43,587 bases of DNA from Escherichia phage K1G, in the sequence record NC_027993.1; one strand, given 5' to 3'. The notes under the pieces are model-generated. The model saw nothing but the letters and a program-made list of their open reading frames with translations, had not been told where the DNA came from and did not search any database. Each line of letters begins with the position of its first letter. The first letter of the stretch is position 1. Both the position numbers and the translations under genes were made by a program. This document shows positions 9,255 to 18,437 of the stretch, piece after piece.

Positions 9255-9701
9255 ATGGCGAAGACTAAAACAGAGATATTTACGCTAATCGGGTCCGAGC
9301 TACCTGACAACACGACCGGGAAAATTACACCAGCTAAATTGCGTGGCGTACTTACGCAGATGGCCGACTCGCCTATTTACACCACTCCTGGGGTGAAAGA
9401 GGTCGAAGTTCTCCGCGCTGCGTCGACCATAGCGCAAGCGCCGACCGCGGTAGATACAGCATTGCAATTAACTTTCGGCTCCGCTAAGGGAAGTGCATCT
9501 GACCCGGTAATGATTAATGCCGCAGGGCTGGTTACGTTCAACACCGCAGGTAACTACGCCGCTCGCATCAAGTTACAGGCGGGGCGTACTGGCGCTAGTG
9601 GGACATCAATCCTGCTATCACGTATTTTAGTAAACGGTGCTCAGTACGGCTCTCCCGCAGCAACTAAGCTGGTAAGCGCGGACGTGACCCATCCCGATTG
9701 A
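9255..9701 (+). CDS. hypothetical structural protein
   Basis: 148-aa ORF; followed by a 260-bp stretch lacking an annotated gene in which the +1 frame stays open. Confidence 0.5.
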   Translation: MAKTKTEIFTLIGSELPDNTTGKITPAKLRGVLTQMADSPIYTTPGVKEVEVLRAASTIAQAPTAVDTALQLTFGSAKGSASDPVMINAAGLVTFNTAGNYAARIKLQAGRTGASGTSILLSRILVNGAQYGSPAATKLVSADVTHPD

Positions 9702-9870
9702 ATCCCGCGTCGTTATTAACCCCGCAGCAGGCCAGACGTTTGCCGTTCAGATTATGCGGGATGGTGCCGGAAGCAACTTCGGCGGCGTGTACCCACAAGC
9801 CGCTACCGTAACAGCATGGGGCACAGCACCGTCCGCGCTACTGGTTATTTCGAGACTGGAGGCCGCTTGA
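9688..9870 (+). other. stop-free +1 frame segment downstream of 9255..9701 (possible frameshifted C-terminal extension, pseudogene fragment or small unannotated gene)
   Basis: 60 sense codons reading ...INPAAGQTFAVQIMRDGAGSNFGGVYPQAATVTAWGTAPSALLVISRLEAA with no RBS-linked start; overlaps upstream stop at CCC GAU UGA. Confidence 0.3.
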
Positions 9871-9964
9871 TGAATAAGTTCACATGTGGTGTAGTTTTTG
9901 GTTTTCTTACCGCGGTAGTCTTGCACAGTTACGGTGTTCTTTTGACGCTGCAAGAGGTGCTAAA

Positions 9965-10324
9965 ATGAGCACCGCTTTCAGTAAACGTATGCAAGGCGTG
10001 GGTACGCGCCTGCTAACCAAATTCGGTAGCACGGTATCTCTGATTCGCGCTGGTTCAAAAGTATGGGATGAAGTTCTCGGTGAGTACGTATGGTCTGACG
10101 ATGAAGTGTTGCCGTTGAAGGCCGTTCCGGTTCCGGTAAACGCGGGACTGGTAAATGGTATGACGATTCAGGCCGGCGACATGATTGTTAAAGCTGATTG
10201 CAGTGTCGTTCCGAAGATGGAAGACAAGGTGCAATTCGGCGGCGAGCAATGGTCCATCGTAGCTATTGAGAAGAAGATGGTTAACGATGACGTCGTGGCG
10301 TACTTTATTCAGGTGAGAAAATGA
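9965..10324 (+). CDS. hypothetical head-tail joining protein
   Basis: ATG at 9965 with RBS GAGGTG; track ORF 9884 extension upstream is not protein-like. Confidence 0.5.
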   Translation: MSTAFSKRMQGVGTRLLTKFGSTVSLIRAGSKVWDEVLGEYVWSDDEVLPLKAVPVPVNAGLVNGMTIQAGDMIVKADCSVVPKMEDKVQFGGEQWSIVAIEKKMVNDDVVAYFIQVRK

Positions 10325-10716
10325 GTTTCGCGCTCGATGTCTCTAAGTTCGTGGAAAAGGCGAAGAAGAACCCTGAGAAGGTGATGCGTCAGGTGTCTAT
10401 CAAGCTGTTTTCCGCTATCATAAAGGCGAGTCCGGTAGACACGGGCCGCTTTCGTATGAACTGGATGGCATCTGGCGGTACTCCTGCTTCCGGGATTACG
10501 GACGCTACGGATAAATCAGGAAACACAGCAACCGGAAACGCTACGAGTTTCGTGCTGAAAGCCGCTGACTGGCATGAGTTCACGCTGACAAATAATCTGC
10601 CGTATGCGCAACGGCTGGAGTATGGTTGGTCGCAACAGGCGCCAGCCGGGGTTGTCAGGACTAATGTGTCTCGCTTCCAGCAACTCATTAACGAAGAAGC
10701 CAACAAGGTGAAATGA
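10321..10716 (+). CDS. hypothetical tail-associated protein
   Basis: ATGA start/stop overlap with upstream gene; in tail block. Confidence 0.55.
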   Translation: MSFALDVSKFVEKAKKNPEKVMRQVSIKLFSAIIKASPVDTGRFRMNWMASGGTPASGITDATDKSGNTATGNATSFVLKAADWHEFTLTNNLPYAQRLEYGWSQQAPAGVVRTNVSRFQQLINEEANKVK

Positions 10717-11129
10717 TGGGCTACTTTGAGGACTTAACAAAAGCGTTCGATGTTCCGCTGGTAGCCTTCGGAACCGCCAACGGCATCAAGGTCGCGCTTG
10801 AAAACATCGACGCGCCGACGTCAACCGATACGCCATATCTGGCAAGTTACATGTTACTGGCGGATACCGAGCAAGCAGATTTGTTCTTCACGGAACAACG
10901 CGCGGGTGTTTATCAGGTCGACATTAACTACGCATCGGTGAAAGGTAGCGCGCCAATCAATAAAATGGCAGACTTACTTAACACGGCATTCAAAGCAGGT
11001 AAGTCATTTTCTCGTAACGACATCTGCGCCGAGGTTCAATCGGTTAGCCTGGGGCCGCTGATTGTAGAAAACGGATGGGCCAAACGACCATTGTCAATTA
11101 ACTTTATTGCATTCACCAAGAGGCTGTGA
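10713..11129 (+). CDS. hypothetical tail-associated protein
   Basis: ATGA overlap with upstream gene. Confidence 0.55.
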   Translation: MMGYFEDLTKAFDVPLVAFGTANGIKVALENIDAPTSTDTPYLASYMLLADTEQADLFFTEQRAGVYQVDINYASVKGSAPINKMADLLNTAFKAGKSFSRNDICAEVQSVSLGPLIVENGWAKRPLSINFIAFTKRL

Positions 11130-11131
11130 AT

Positions 11132-12298
11132 ATGGCTACAACTCCTTTTAAGGGCGCGAATACTGCGCAATTCTATGTGGCAGAAACTACCCCTGGCGTA
11201 ACACCGACTAACCCGGTCTGGTCGCCATTGCGTAACACAGGTGGCGTTCCTGCCATTACCCGCGACACGCTGACCTCCAACGAACTGGACGGCAGCCGTG
11301 AAACTACGTCAATCCGCACCGGTAACAAGCAGGTTAGCGGAGAATACGCTATTGAGCTTAGCTCGAAAAGCCAGGACGACTGGCTGGCGGGTGCTTTAGG
11401 CTCTACATGGCAATCCGGTAGTTCTCTGACCGGGCTATCAATTACCGTCGCGCCTGCAGACAAGACCTTTACCCGTGCCGAAGGTAGCTTTATTTCTGAC
11501 GGCGTTGAAGTGGGCGACCTGATTGCGTTTACCGACTTAACCGGTGACAACGCAAAACCGTTTATCGTAACTGCAGTAGAGGCGCTGGTAGTGACCGGGG
11601 CGGGTATCCAGCATACCCTGACCACAGAGACAGTAACTACCGCCGCTAAGACAGGGGATAAACTGGAAACGGGAAGCCAGTGCAAGACGTTCTCTATTCT
11701 CACCTGGTACAAAGGCCAGTGCGGCGGGACTGACGCGTACACACTAACCAAAGGCGTGGAAGTTTCTGGTTTTACCATCGAACAGGCTGTTAACGCTATG
11801 GTAACTGGCAGCTTCCCGTTCATCGGTCGCAGTCAGGAGATTCTCACCACGCAGCCGTCTGGTTCTGATTTCTCCTCTGTTACGTTTGGTGACGAGCCAT
11901 TCTCCTCGGTCGATGTTTCTGTGTTCGACGGTTCTACGCCGTTGCGTTGCGACAGCCTGACCATCACCAACGACAACAGCGCGTCCGCACAGTTCGAACT
12001 CGGCAACACTAACGTAGCGTTTGTGGAGCGTAGCCGAGCAGCTAACACCTTCTCCATCTCCGGTAAGCTGTACGACATGGCGATGATTCAGAAGTTTATC
12101 AACGAGCAGCAGGTGGAGATTAACTCTATTCTGGCGGGGGTAAACGGGGCTATGTCTTTCAGTTTGAAACGTGCAGAACTTACGGCGGTTACACCTGAGA
12201 TTGGAGGACCTGAGTCAATCACTCAGTCTATTGAAGGCCAGGCTACCGGCAACCAGTACCAGTCGTCTATTGTTATTCAGCGTATCACATACGCATAA
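11132..12298 (+). CDS. major tail protein (by position)
   Basis: 389-aa Thr/Ser/Gly-rich protein upstream of chaperone and tape measure genes, followed by strong terminator; RBS AGAGG before ATG 11132. Confidence 0.55.
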   Translation: MATTPFKGANTAQFYVAETTPGVTPTNPVWSPLRNTGGVPAITRDTLTSNELDGSRETTSIRTGNKQVSGEYAIELSSKSQDDWLAGALGSTWQSGSSLTGLSITVAPADKTFTRAEGSFISDGVEVGDLIAFTDLTGDNAKPFIVTAVEALVVTGAGIQHTLTTETVTTAAKTGDKLETGSQCKTFSILTWYKGQCGGTDAYTLTKGVEVSGFTIEQAVNAMVTGSFPFIGRSQEILTTQPSGSDFSSVTFGDEPFSSVDVSVFDGSTPLRCDSLTITNDNSASAQFELGNTNVAFVERSRAANTFSISGKLYDMAMIQKFINEQQVEINSILAGVNGAMSFSLKRAELTAVTPEIGGPESITQSIEGQATGNQYQSSIVIQRITYA

Positions 12299-12302
12299 AA
12301 CT

Positions 12303-12328
12303 AAGGCCCCGTTTGGGGCCTTTTTCTT
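12303..12328 (+). terminator. rho-independent terminator (convergent junction)
   Basis: AAGGCCCC-GTTT-GGGGCCTT hairpin then TTTCTT; reverse complement of the hairpin at 24829. Confidence 0.7.
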
Positions 12329-12881
12329 ACAAACCTAATCTTAAAGCAATGCCTATAGCGTTCGATTTAACGTAACCCGGTATGATGTAGGTGTCATAAT
12401 CTTTTACACCATCAATATCGTACAGGTAACCGCGGCTGTCCCCTTCAAACGTATGGCCGTCTCTGTGCAAGCGGACGATTCTCACATCATGCCCTGCGGC
12501 AACGATAGGGGCTACTTCGCTGGCGAACCCGCCATCAGACACCACAAAAACTTCGTCGCCGTCGGGCAAGTTTCCGGCAAGATACTTACCGAAATAATCA
12601 TCACCGAATACCGGTTTAATGAATTGCTCGGAAATGGCAATCATTAACTGACGCCGAGACAACCCGTTAAGGAAACCCTCTGGCTTTTCTTTCCGCGCCC
12701 GGTCGTCGTAGCCGTCGAGAAACTCGCGGTAAGCATCCTGGCCTAACGCAGCCATAGCAATATTGAACATCGGATTCTTGAAACTGGCGACACCCTTCGC
12801 AAAGCCCATTTCTACCAGCGCCCTAGCAAGTGTGTCTTTCCCGCAGCCCGCAGGACCATTAAGAATAATTACCTTAGCCAT
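12327..12881 (-). CDS. P-loop nucleotide/polynucleotide kinase (dNMP-kinase-like or Pnk-kinase-like)
   Basis: Walker A GPAGCGKDT near N-terminus; 184 aa; start overlaps stop of upstream HAD gene. Confidence 0.75.
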   Translation of the reverse strand: MAKVIILNGPAGCGKDTLARALVEMGFAKGVASFKNPMFNIAMAALGQDAYREFLDGYDDRARKEKPEGFLNGLSRRQLMIAISEQFIKPVFGDDYFGKYLAGNLPDGDEVFVVSDGGFASEVAPIVAAGHDVRIVRLHRDGHTFEGDSRGYLYDIDGVKDYDTYIIPGYVKSNAIGIALRLGL

Positions 12882-13366
12882 TATTTATCACTCCCATGTG
12901 GTTTTAAGTGTGTAGAGTTCCCGTTACAGTCGTATTCAGTAACTGCGTGAGTGGTTATGCCGAGTTCGCGGAAATGCTTTATTACCGCTGGAGAGTCGTC
13001 GAATGCACACAAGATTCTCTCCGGCCCAATAGCACGCAACACCTCTTCTTTAATTACGATGTCTTTTCTGTTGTCGTGTTTGCTGCGCATGATTAACTGA
13101 TAAAATTCGACGCGGTGGCGCTGCAACCACATTCTGGTTTCTTTTTCCGCGTCATCACTACGGCCTGTTAAGATAATAACGGCATAGCGACGATTAAGGG
13201 CGTTACACAGTTCGATGTTATCTTTAATGGGTGCATCGTCTTTGCACGCCATGTTAAATGGTTTCCACGCCCAGGTTTCGCCGTAGTTATCTTTCGGCAG
13301 CAGGTGTAAACGATGAGTACCATCTGCCAATGTCCCGTCTAAATCGAAAATCACAATATCTTTCAT
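12881..13366 (-). CDS. HAD-superfamily phosphatase (polynucleotide 3'-phosphatase-like or 5'-nucleotidase-like)
   Basis: HAD motif I FDLDGTLAD, motif II ILTGR, motif IV AFDDSP; 161 aa. Confidence 0.75.
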   Translation of the reverse strand: MKDIVIFDLDGTLADGTHRLHLLPKDNYGETWAWKPFNMACKDDAPIKDNIELCNALNRRYAVIILTGRSDDAEKETRMWLQRHRVEFYQLIMRSKHDNRKDIVIKEEVLRAIGPERILCAFDDSPAVIKHFRELGITTHAVTEYDCNGNSTHLKPHGSDK

Positions 13367-14493
13367 CCAAGCATCTCCGGTGAAATAGTTAAACGTGCGA
13401 CCTCGCCATATTCGGCGCTATAAGTAATTACGTTTGCGCTACGGCCTGACATCCACCCGCCGCGGGAAGCATATGCATCTTTCGCCGCTAAGGTGCGATG
13501 TTGCTCAACAACCATGTTACGGCTTTCTACAATCTTTTGGTGGTGGAGATGCCCGACATGTGCGTAACTGTACTCGCTTTCGCCGAACGCTTTGCGGAAC
13601 TTGGCGATCATAACCGGTTCGATAGCATCGAAGCGTGCTTTATGGCCGTGGTGAAAGAACAGCGTAGTTTTGCCGTGTTGCACCATCTTGTAAACATCCG
13701 GCGACGTATCGACGAACACACGCGGCTCATTGTCGTACAGCGTACTAAACATCTCAGCTAACCAAATCATTCCGCTTTCGTCGTGGTTACCTTGCACAAT
13801 AAGCAAGCGAACATTTTTATGCTTAACAAGGGCCATATCAACGACACGGCGGACCATACGAATCATGTAGCGGACCAGTTTCTGATAGCGCGTGTCCGCA
13901 TCGAGAACATGACCACTTGCCGGTGTAACGGCGTCCAGACTATCGAAATGCGCAAGGTCGCCCAGCAGATTAATAACTCCTGTTCCGGCATCCGGTGCTT
14001 TCTGGAACGCTGCGTCGAACCAGCGGGAGAACAGGTCTTCCGCAATCTTCATGTCCCAGTCGTCGCCGCTCTCGTCAGCCCAGGCCAGCATACCGAGATG
14101 GAAATCAGACACAGTGTAAAGGTTGAGTAGCTTGTCGTCTCGTTTGGCGCGAACGGCTTTAACAGGTGCAACTGGTGTAATCTCCGACTTCATGCCTTCG
14201 ATTACGGCTTTCATCAATTCAACCTGACGTTCGGCATCGGTGTCGGTCTTAACCCATTGCAACTTGGTGTTGCCAAACTCATCCACCAGTGATGACGTTC
14301 CTTTAATCTTGTAGCCGTCCGGTACAAGGTAACTAACGTCACGCCCGTGGCCTACACCTTTCTTAGCCAGCTTCGCTTTACGGATACGAATAACGCGGTC
14401 GGAGATGCCGTATTTACGGGCGATGTCGATATTCTTCATACCGGCGTTCAATTCTTCCTGTAACTGTTCGTCGGTTATTTTCTTCCTGGCCAT
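13363..14493 (-). CDS. calcineurin-like metallophosphoesterase with N-terminal HTH
   Basis: motifs DFHLG, GDLAHFD, GNHDE, GHLHH in order; N-terminal segment NIDIARKYGISDRVIRIRK HTH-like; RBS GAGGAA. Confidence 0.75.
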   Translation of the reverse strand: MARKKITDEQLQEELNAGMKNIDIARKYGISDRVIRIRKAKLAKKGVGHGRDVSYLVPDGYKIKGTSSLVDEFGNTKLQWVKTDTDAERQVELMKAVIEGMKSEITPVAPVKAVRAKRDDKLLNLYTVSDFHLGMLAWADESGDDWDMKIAEDLFSRWFDAAFQKAPDAGTGVINLLGDLAHFDSLDAVTPASGHVLDADTRYQKLVRYMIRMVRRVVDMALVKHKNVRLLIVQGNHDESGMIWLAEMFSTLYDNEPRVFVDTSPDVYKMVQHGKTTLFFHHGHKARFDAIEPVMIAKFRKAFGESEYSYAHVGHLHHQKIVESRNMVVEQHRTLAAKDAYASRGGWMSGRSANVITYSAEYGEVARLTISPEMLG

Positions 14494-14530
14494 GCTTATT
14501 CCTCGTGTTTAGGATTTGTCCTATACTAGC

Positions 14531-14722
14531 TCACTTCTCTTTGACATTCGAGTTGCACGCCCAGATTAAGATAAATACCCACGGCAGCAGAACCCAACCA
14601 AGAAACAGATTAGCCATGAATATCGCTAACTTCGCTTTATGGTTACGGAAGTACGCAACCAGGAAAGGCGCGAAATAAGCGAGCAGTGCAAACAGAATTA
14701 AGGAAACTGGTAAACTGGACAT
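14531..14722 (-). CDS. small 2-TM membrane protein, superinfection-immunity-like (Imm-type motif)
   Basis: 63 aa from ATG 14722 (RBS AAGGGG; track ORF starts 15 nt upstream); motif RNHK...NLFLGWVLLPWVFILIWA recalled as typical of Imm_superinfect family. Confidence 0.5.
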   Translation of the reverse strand: MSSLPVSLILFALLAYFAPFLVAYFRNHKAKLAIFMANLFLGWVLLPWVFILIWACNSNVKEK

Positions 14723-14752
14723 TTTAAACCCCTTCATTGTTGGTGTAAGTGA

Positions 14753-14781
14753 ATAGTACCCTATTATATTGGGGTGTGCAA
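14753..14781 (-). promoter_or_regulatory. early-type promoter TTGCAC-N17-TACTAT (family 2) driving the antisense cassette
   Basis: minus-strand sequence cTTGCACaccccaatataatagggTACTATtcac nearly identical to + strand promoter at 37043; contains AATAG-N4-CTATT. Confidence 0.5.
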
Positions 14782-14889
14782 GTAATGTGATAGAATAAGT
14801 TTGCGCCTAGTGTCGCACACGAAAAGCGGGTGGTTCCCGTCTGGCGCATTTATCGTTAACCTGTAACCTCTTAACCAAAGGATTAAAGA

Positions 14890-15306
14890 ATGAAACTTTC
14901 TGATTTTTATTTCGAAGAGAAAGCACTGGTAGGCAAGAAGATGCCCATTCTGCTGCCAAACGGCGAAGACTCCGGTGAATGGCTTAACGTTGTAAGTCCC
15001 GATGCGGATGTCGCCGTTAAAGCGGGGCGTGCTTTCATTATTGCGTACCGTCGCGGGTTGGCGCGTTTCGAAGAACTGGAAAAAGCCGCCAAAGAATCCG
15101 GCGACTATACTGAATATAACCTGGCTATTAACGAACTGGCGGAAGACCTCAACCGGCAACTCGCGGCAGAAGTCGTAAACGGCTGGAGCTTTGATGAGCC
15201 TTTCTCTAAAGAAGCATTTAACAAATTGCTGGACCAGTTCAAGGCATTAGGCACACAGGTAGCAGCGTTCCATAACGCTGAGCGCAAAGCATTACAGGAA
15301 AAGTAG
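14890..15306 (+). CDS. tail assembly chaperone (G-like)
   Basis: 138-aa acidic ORF immediately upstream of tape measure gene; -1 frame ORF overlaps its 3' end. Confidence 0.55.
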   Translation: MKLSDFYFEEKALVGKKMPILLPNGEDSGEWLNVVSPDADVAVKAGRAFIIAYRRGLARFEELEKAAKESGDYTEYNLAINELAEDLNRQLAAEVVNGWSFDEPFSKEAFNKLLDQFKALGTQVAAFHNAERKALQEK

Positions 15307-15671
15307 ACGCGCTGTACAGGTTCGCCACCTATGAGTTTGTGGATAAGCATAAAATCAGAGAGTTTGATTCTATAGCCGACGGACACGAACAGGCGCTTAT
15401 CGCGATGGGTGTAATCGATAAGAAAAAACGTGCAGCGCGACGGGGTGGGCCAGAATGCCCGCCCCTTTTTATATCCACCTTCGAGACGTACTGCGACATT
15501 AAGTTTACGCGACACGTGCGCGAGGACGCTGTAGTATTGTTCGCAAGAGAATCCGTTACGTGGCAAGACCTGAAAGCCTATCTCGATGTTACGCAAAAAC
15601 AGCTTAGCCTGTTCGAGATAGACATTATCATGGGCTTAGAAGCAATCTTTGAAGGTAGAAATCATGGCTGA
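14890..15671 (+). CDS. putative G-T fusion via -1 frameshift near 15298-15304
   Basis: -1 frame is open from 15282 to 15671 and overlaps tape measure start; slippage candidate GAA AAG UAG (Lys tRNA AAG to AAA next to stop). Confidence 0.4.
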
Positions 15672-17937
15672 TACCGCTAGCTTGATCGTACGAGTATCAT
15701 CGACCGGCGTCGATAAAACCACATCACAACTGAACGGGCTTACCAAAGCCGCGGGGGCCGCCGCCGCTGCCGTTGTCAGTCTGGAAACTGCCAAACAGGT
15801 GTTCAGTGCGCTGGTGGACTCCCAGCGCAACTTCGATAAGCTGAACTCCGGCCTCATCACAATGACCGGGAGCGCCGAGAACGCTGCTAAGGCATTCAGC
15901 GTCCTGCAACAGTTCGCAAAAGAAACTCCGTATGGCCTCAATCAGGCGGTAGAGGGGTTTACCAAGCTCGTGGCGCTAGGTCTTAACCCCAGCAAAGAGG
16001 CGTTAATATCCTACGGCAACACCGCCGCAGCTATGGGCAAAGACCTTAACCAAATGATTGAGGCAGTTGCCGACGCCAGTACATTTGAATTTGAGCGCTT
16101 AAAAGAGTTCGGTATCAAGTCTTCCCAACAGGCGGATACAGTTTCGTTTACGTTCCGTGGCGTAACGACCACGGTTAAAAAGAACTCCGAAGAGATTCAG
16201 AAATACCTGCTAAATATCGGTAACACTGATTTCGCCGGAGCGATGGAGACGCGCTCGAAGACCTTAGATGGTCAGTTATCTAGCCTGGCGGACTCCTTCG
16301 ATGGTCTTGTTCTTGCGGTAGCGCAATCCGGTTTTGGCGACGCGGTAGGCGAACAAGCGGCAACAGCGGAAGATGCTATCACCGCACTCACCGACGCCAT
16401 CGCGTCCAATGAGATCTCCGCCACGCTCCAGGATTGGGTGACACTGTTCAATGAGTCGTTCAAGTTTATTTCTGATGCCCTGAATGACCTGGCATTCGAT
16501 ACCGAGGACAAATCCGTTGATATGTCCGACTCGCTGGGGGATATACCGGATGCCATCCGTGAGTGGTTGCCGGATATCCAGCAGACATTCCACGAGGTTA
16601 TTGCGTGGTTCCAGCGCATTGACGACTACGCGGTAGCGTTAGGCCAGACCCTTGCTGATGTGTTTGACCCGAGCAAAACGTCGGCGCTCACATTTAAAAA
16701 ACTGACTGCAGAGGCTGATGCCGCATACGACGCCAGTATAAAACGTGCAGAGGCCGAATCCCAAGCCATTACCGACAGGTCTAAGCAGCGTAAGAAAGAA
16801 ATTGAGGAACAGCGCAAGCAGTACGACGAGCGTAAGAAGCAAGAAATTGACTTAGCCAGCCTTGTTAATAAAAAGGGCGGAACTGGTGGGGTGGGGACAA
16901 CCGACGATAAAGCAGCAAAAGCCGCCGCCAAGAAAGCAGAGCAATTGCGGAATCAGGCGCAAGATTACCTCGACACTTTGGCCCGTCAGAACAACGACGA
17001 GTTAAAGGCTATCGACGCGCAGGAACAGCAGAAACTGGCTAAGGCAAAAGAGTTCTACAGCCAGGGCGCGTTGTCCCTGAAAGAATATGAACAAGCTAAA
17101 ACAGCTATCGTCCTCGAAGCCGGGCAAAAACGACAAGATGAACTGGATAAACGCCAGAAAGAAGCCCAGGAAAAGCAACAGAAAGGTGACGACTTCATGG
17201 CTCAGATTATGGGCCAGAACGCTACTGAGCTTGAGCTTCTCGACATCCAGGAACAGCAGAAGCTGGCGGTAGCAGATAAGTACCGTGAGCAGGGACTTAT
17301 TAGCGAGAAGCAGTATCAGGCCGCGCTTAACGCCATCAACGAGCAATACGCCACCAAGCGCGCCGACGCAACGGCAACCGCCTTCGGTAACATGGCCTCA
17401 AACATCGGGTCTGCGTTGGGTGAGGCTTCCGGCGCGTACAAAGCATTCGCTATTGTGCAGGCCACTATCGCCACGTACACCGCGGCTATTGAGGCGTACA
17501 AGTCTACGGCGGCTATCCCTGTTGTTGGCCCCTTTCTGGCTCCTGTAGCCGCTGCCGCTGCCGTTGGGGCGGGTATGGCGCAGATTTCCGCTATCAGGTC
17601 AGCACGTGAACAGGGCGGTCAGTTATCCGCGGGGCAGGCTTCTACTATCGCTGAACGTGGTAAACCCGAAGTTATCATGCCCGCTGGCGCATCGCGTGTG
17701 CGCACTGCACAGCAGATGAAAGAAATTATGGGGCAAAACGGGTCTTCCTCCGGCCCATCTAATGTTACCATTGTAAATAATACATCGAGTCAGATTGGCA
17801 ACGTATCCACCGAGCAGGATGATGAAGGCCGTCTGCGTATCATCATAGAAGAGCAAGTTGCTGCATCTTTGCAGAACAGCAACAGTAAGATTAGCAAGGC
17901 CCGCAAGGCCACAAGAAACGCGCCGGGGTTTAAATAA
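15649..17937 (+). CDS. tail tape measure protein
   Basis: 762 aa, Ala/Gln/Glu/Lys-rich coiled-coil, located after G/GT. Confidence 0.8.
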   Translation: MKVEIMADTASLIVRVSSTGVDKTTSQLNGLTKAAGAAAAAVVSLETAKQVFSALVDSQRNFDKLNSGLITMTGSAENAAKAFSVLQQFAKETPYGLNQAVEGFTKLVALGLNPSKEALISYGNTAAAMGKDLNQMIEAVADASTFEFERLKEFGIKSSQQADTVSFTFRGVTTTVKKNSEEIQKYLLNIGNTDFAGAMETRSKTLDGQLSSLADSFDGLVLAVAQSGFGDAVGEQAATAEDAITALTDAIASNEISATLQDWVTLFNESFKFISDALNDLAFDTEDKSVDMSDSLGDIPDAIREWLPDIQQTFHEVIAWFQRIDDYAVALGQTLADVFDPSKTSALTFKKLTAEADAAYDASIKRAEAESQAITDRSKQRKKEIEEQRKQYDERKKQEIDLASLVNKKGGTGGVGTTDDKAAKAAAKKAEQLRNQAQDYLDTLARQNNDELKAIDAQEQQKLAKAKEFYSQGALSLKEYEQAKTAIVLEAGQKRQDELDKRQKEAQEKQQKGDDFMAQIMGQNATELELLDIQEQQKLAVADKYREQGLISEKQYQAALNAINEQYATKRADATATAFGNMASNIGSALGEASGAYKAFAIVQATIATYTAAIEAYKSTAAIPVVGPFLAPVAAAAAVGAGMAQISAIRSAREQGGQLSAGQASTIAERGKPEVIMPAGASRVRTAQQMKEIMGQNGSSSGPSNVTIVNNTSSQIGNVSTEQDDEGRLRIIIEEQVAASLQNSNSKISKARKATRNAPGFK

Positions 17938-18437
17938 TGAGCGACTTATATTTCCCACGTAGCCTTAAGCCGGTGGTGTCGAAAGGCTATTCGATGACCA
18001 GACGCAACAACGTCTGGAGTGTTGATTTAGCTGGCGGCGGTGTACGTCAGGGGCGCGACACGTATTACGACGTGTTCCCGATAAGCGTAACCCTGATTAC
18101 CTCAGCGCTGGGGCGTCAGGCGTTTCTGTCGTTCCTCGAAAAAGTCGATGGTGGTGCGTCAAGTTTCTGGATGGCGCATGACTTCGGCATGGGTATTCAG
18201 GATTACCAAGTAACAATCACGTCAACCATCGCAGAGTCCACAGAAGACGGCATTAACTGGACGATTACTTTCACGGCAACCGCCGAGAAGTCACCGTTCC
18301 AGGACCTTGAGAACCAGTGCCTGATTAACAATCTGCCGGATTTGTTTGGTTGCTATGGTGACGGGCTGGGGTGTTTCCTTAAAGCCTACGGAACCGCGCA
18401 ATCAACGTTTCCACGAATTTGGGACCCGATGCAATGA
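17937..18437 (+). CDS. minor tail protein
   Basis: follows tape measure with TAATG overlap. Confidence 0.55.
   Translation: MSDLYFPRSLKPVVSKGYSMTRRNNVWSVDLAGGGVRQGRDTYYDVFPISVTLITSALGRQAFLSFLEKVDGGASSFWMAHDFGMGIQDYQVTITSTIAESTEDGINWTITFTATAEKSPFQDLENQCLINNLPDLFGCYGDGLGCFLKAYGTAQSTFPRIWDPMQ

Noticed and set aside
9884-9964. N-terminal extension of track ORF 9884..10324
   Set aside because: Upstream part (MWCSFWFSYRGSLAQLRCSF...) is not protein-like and lacks an RBS; ATG at 9965 has a good RBS.
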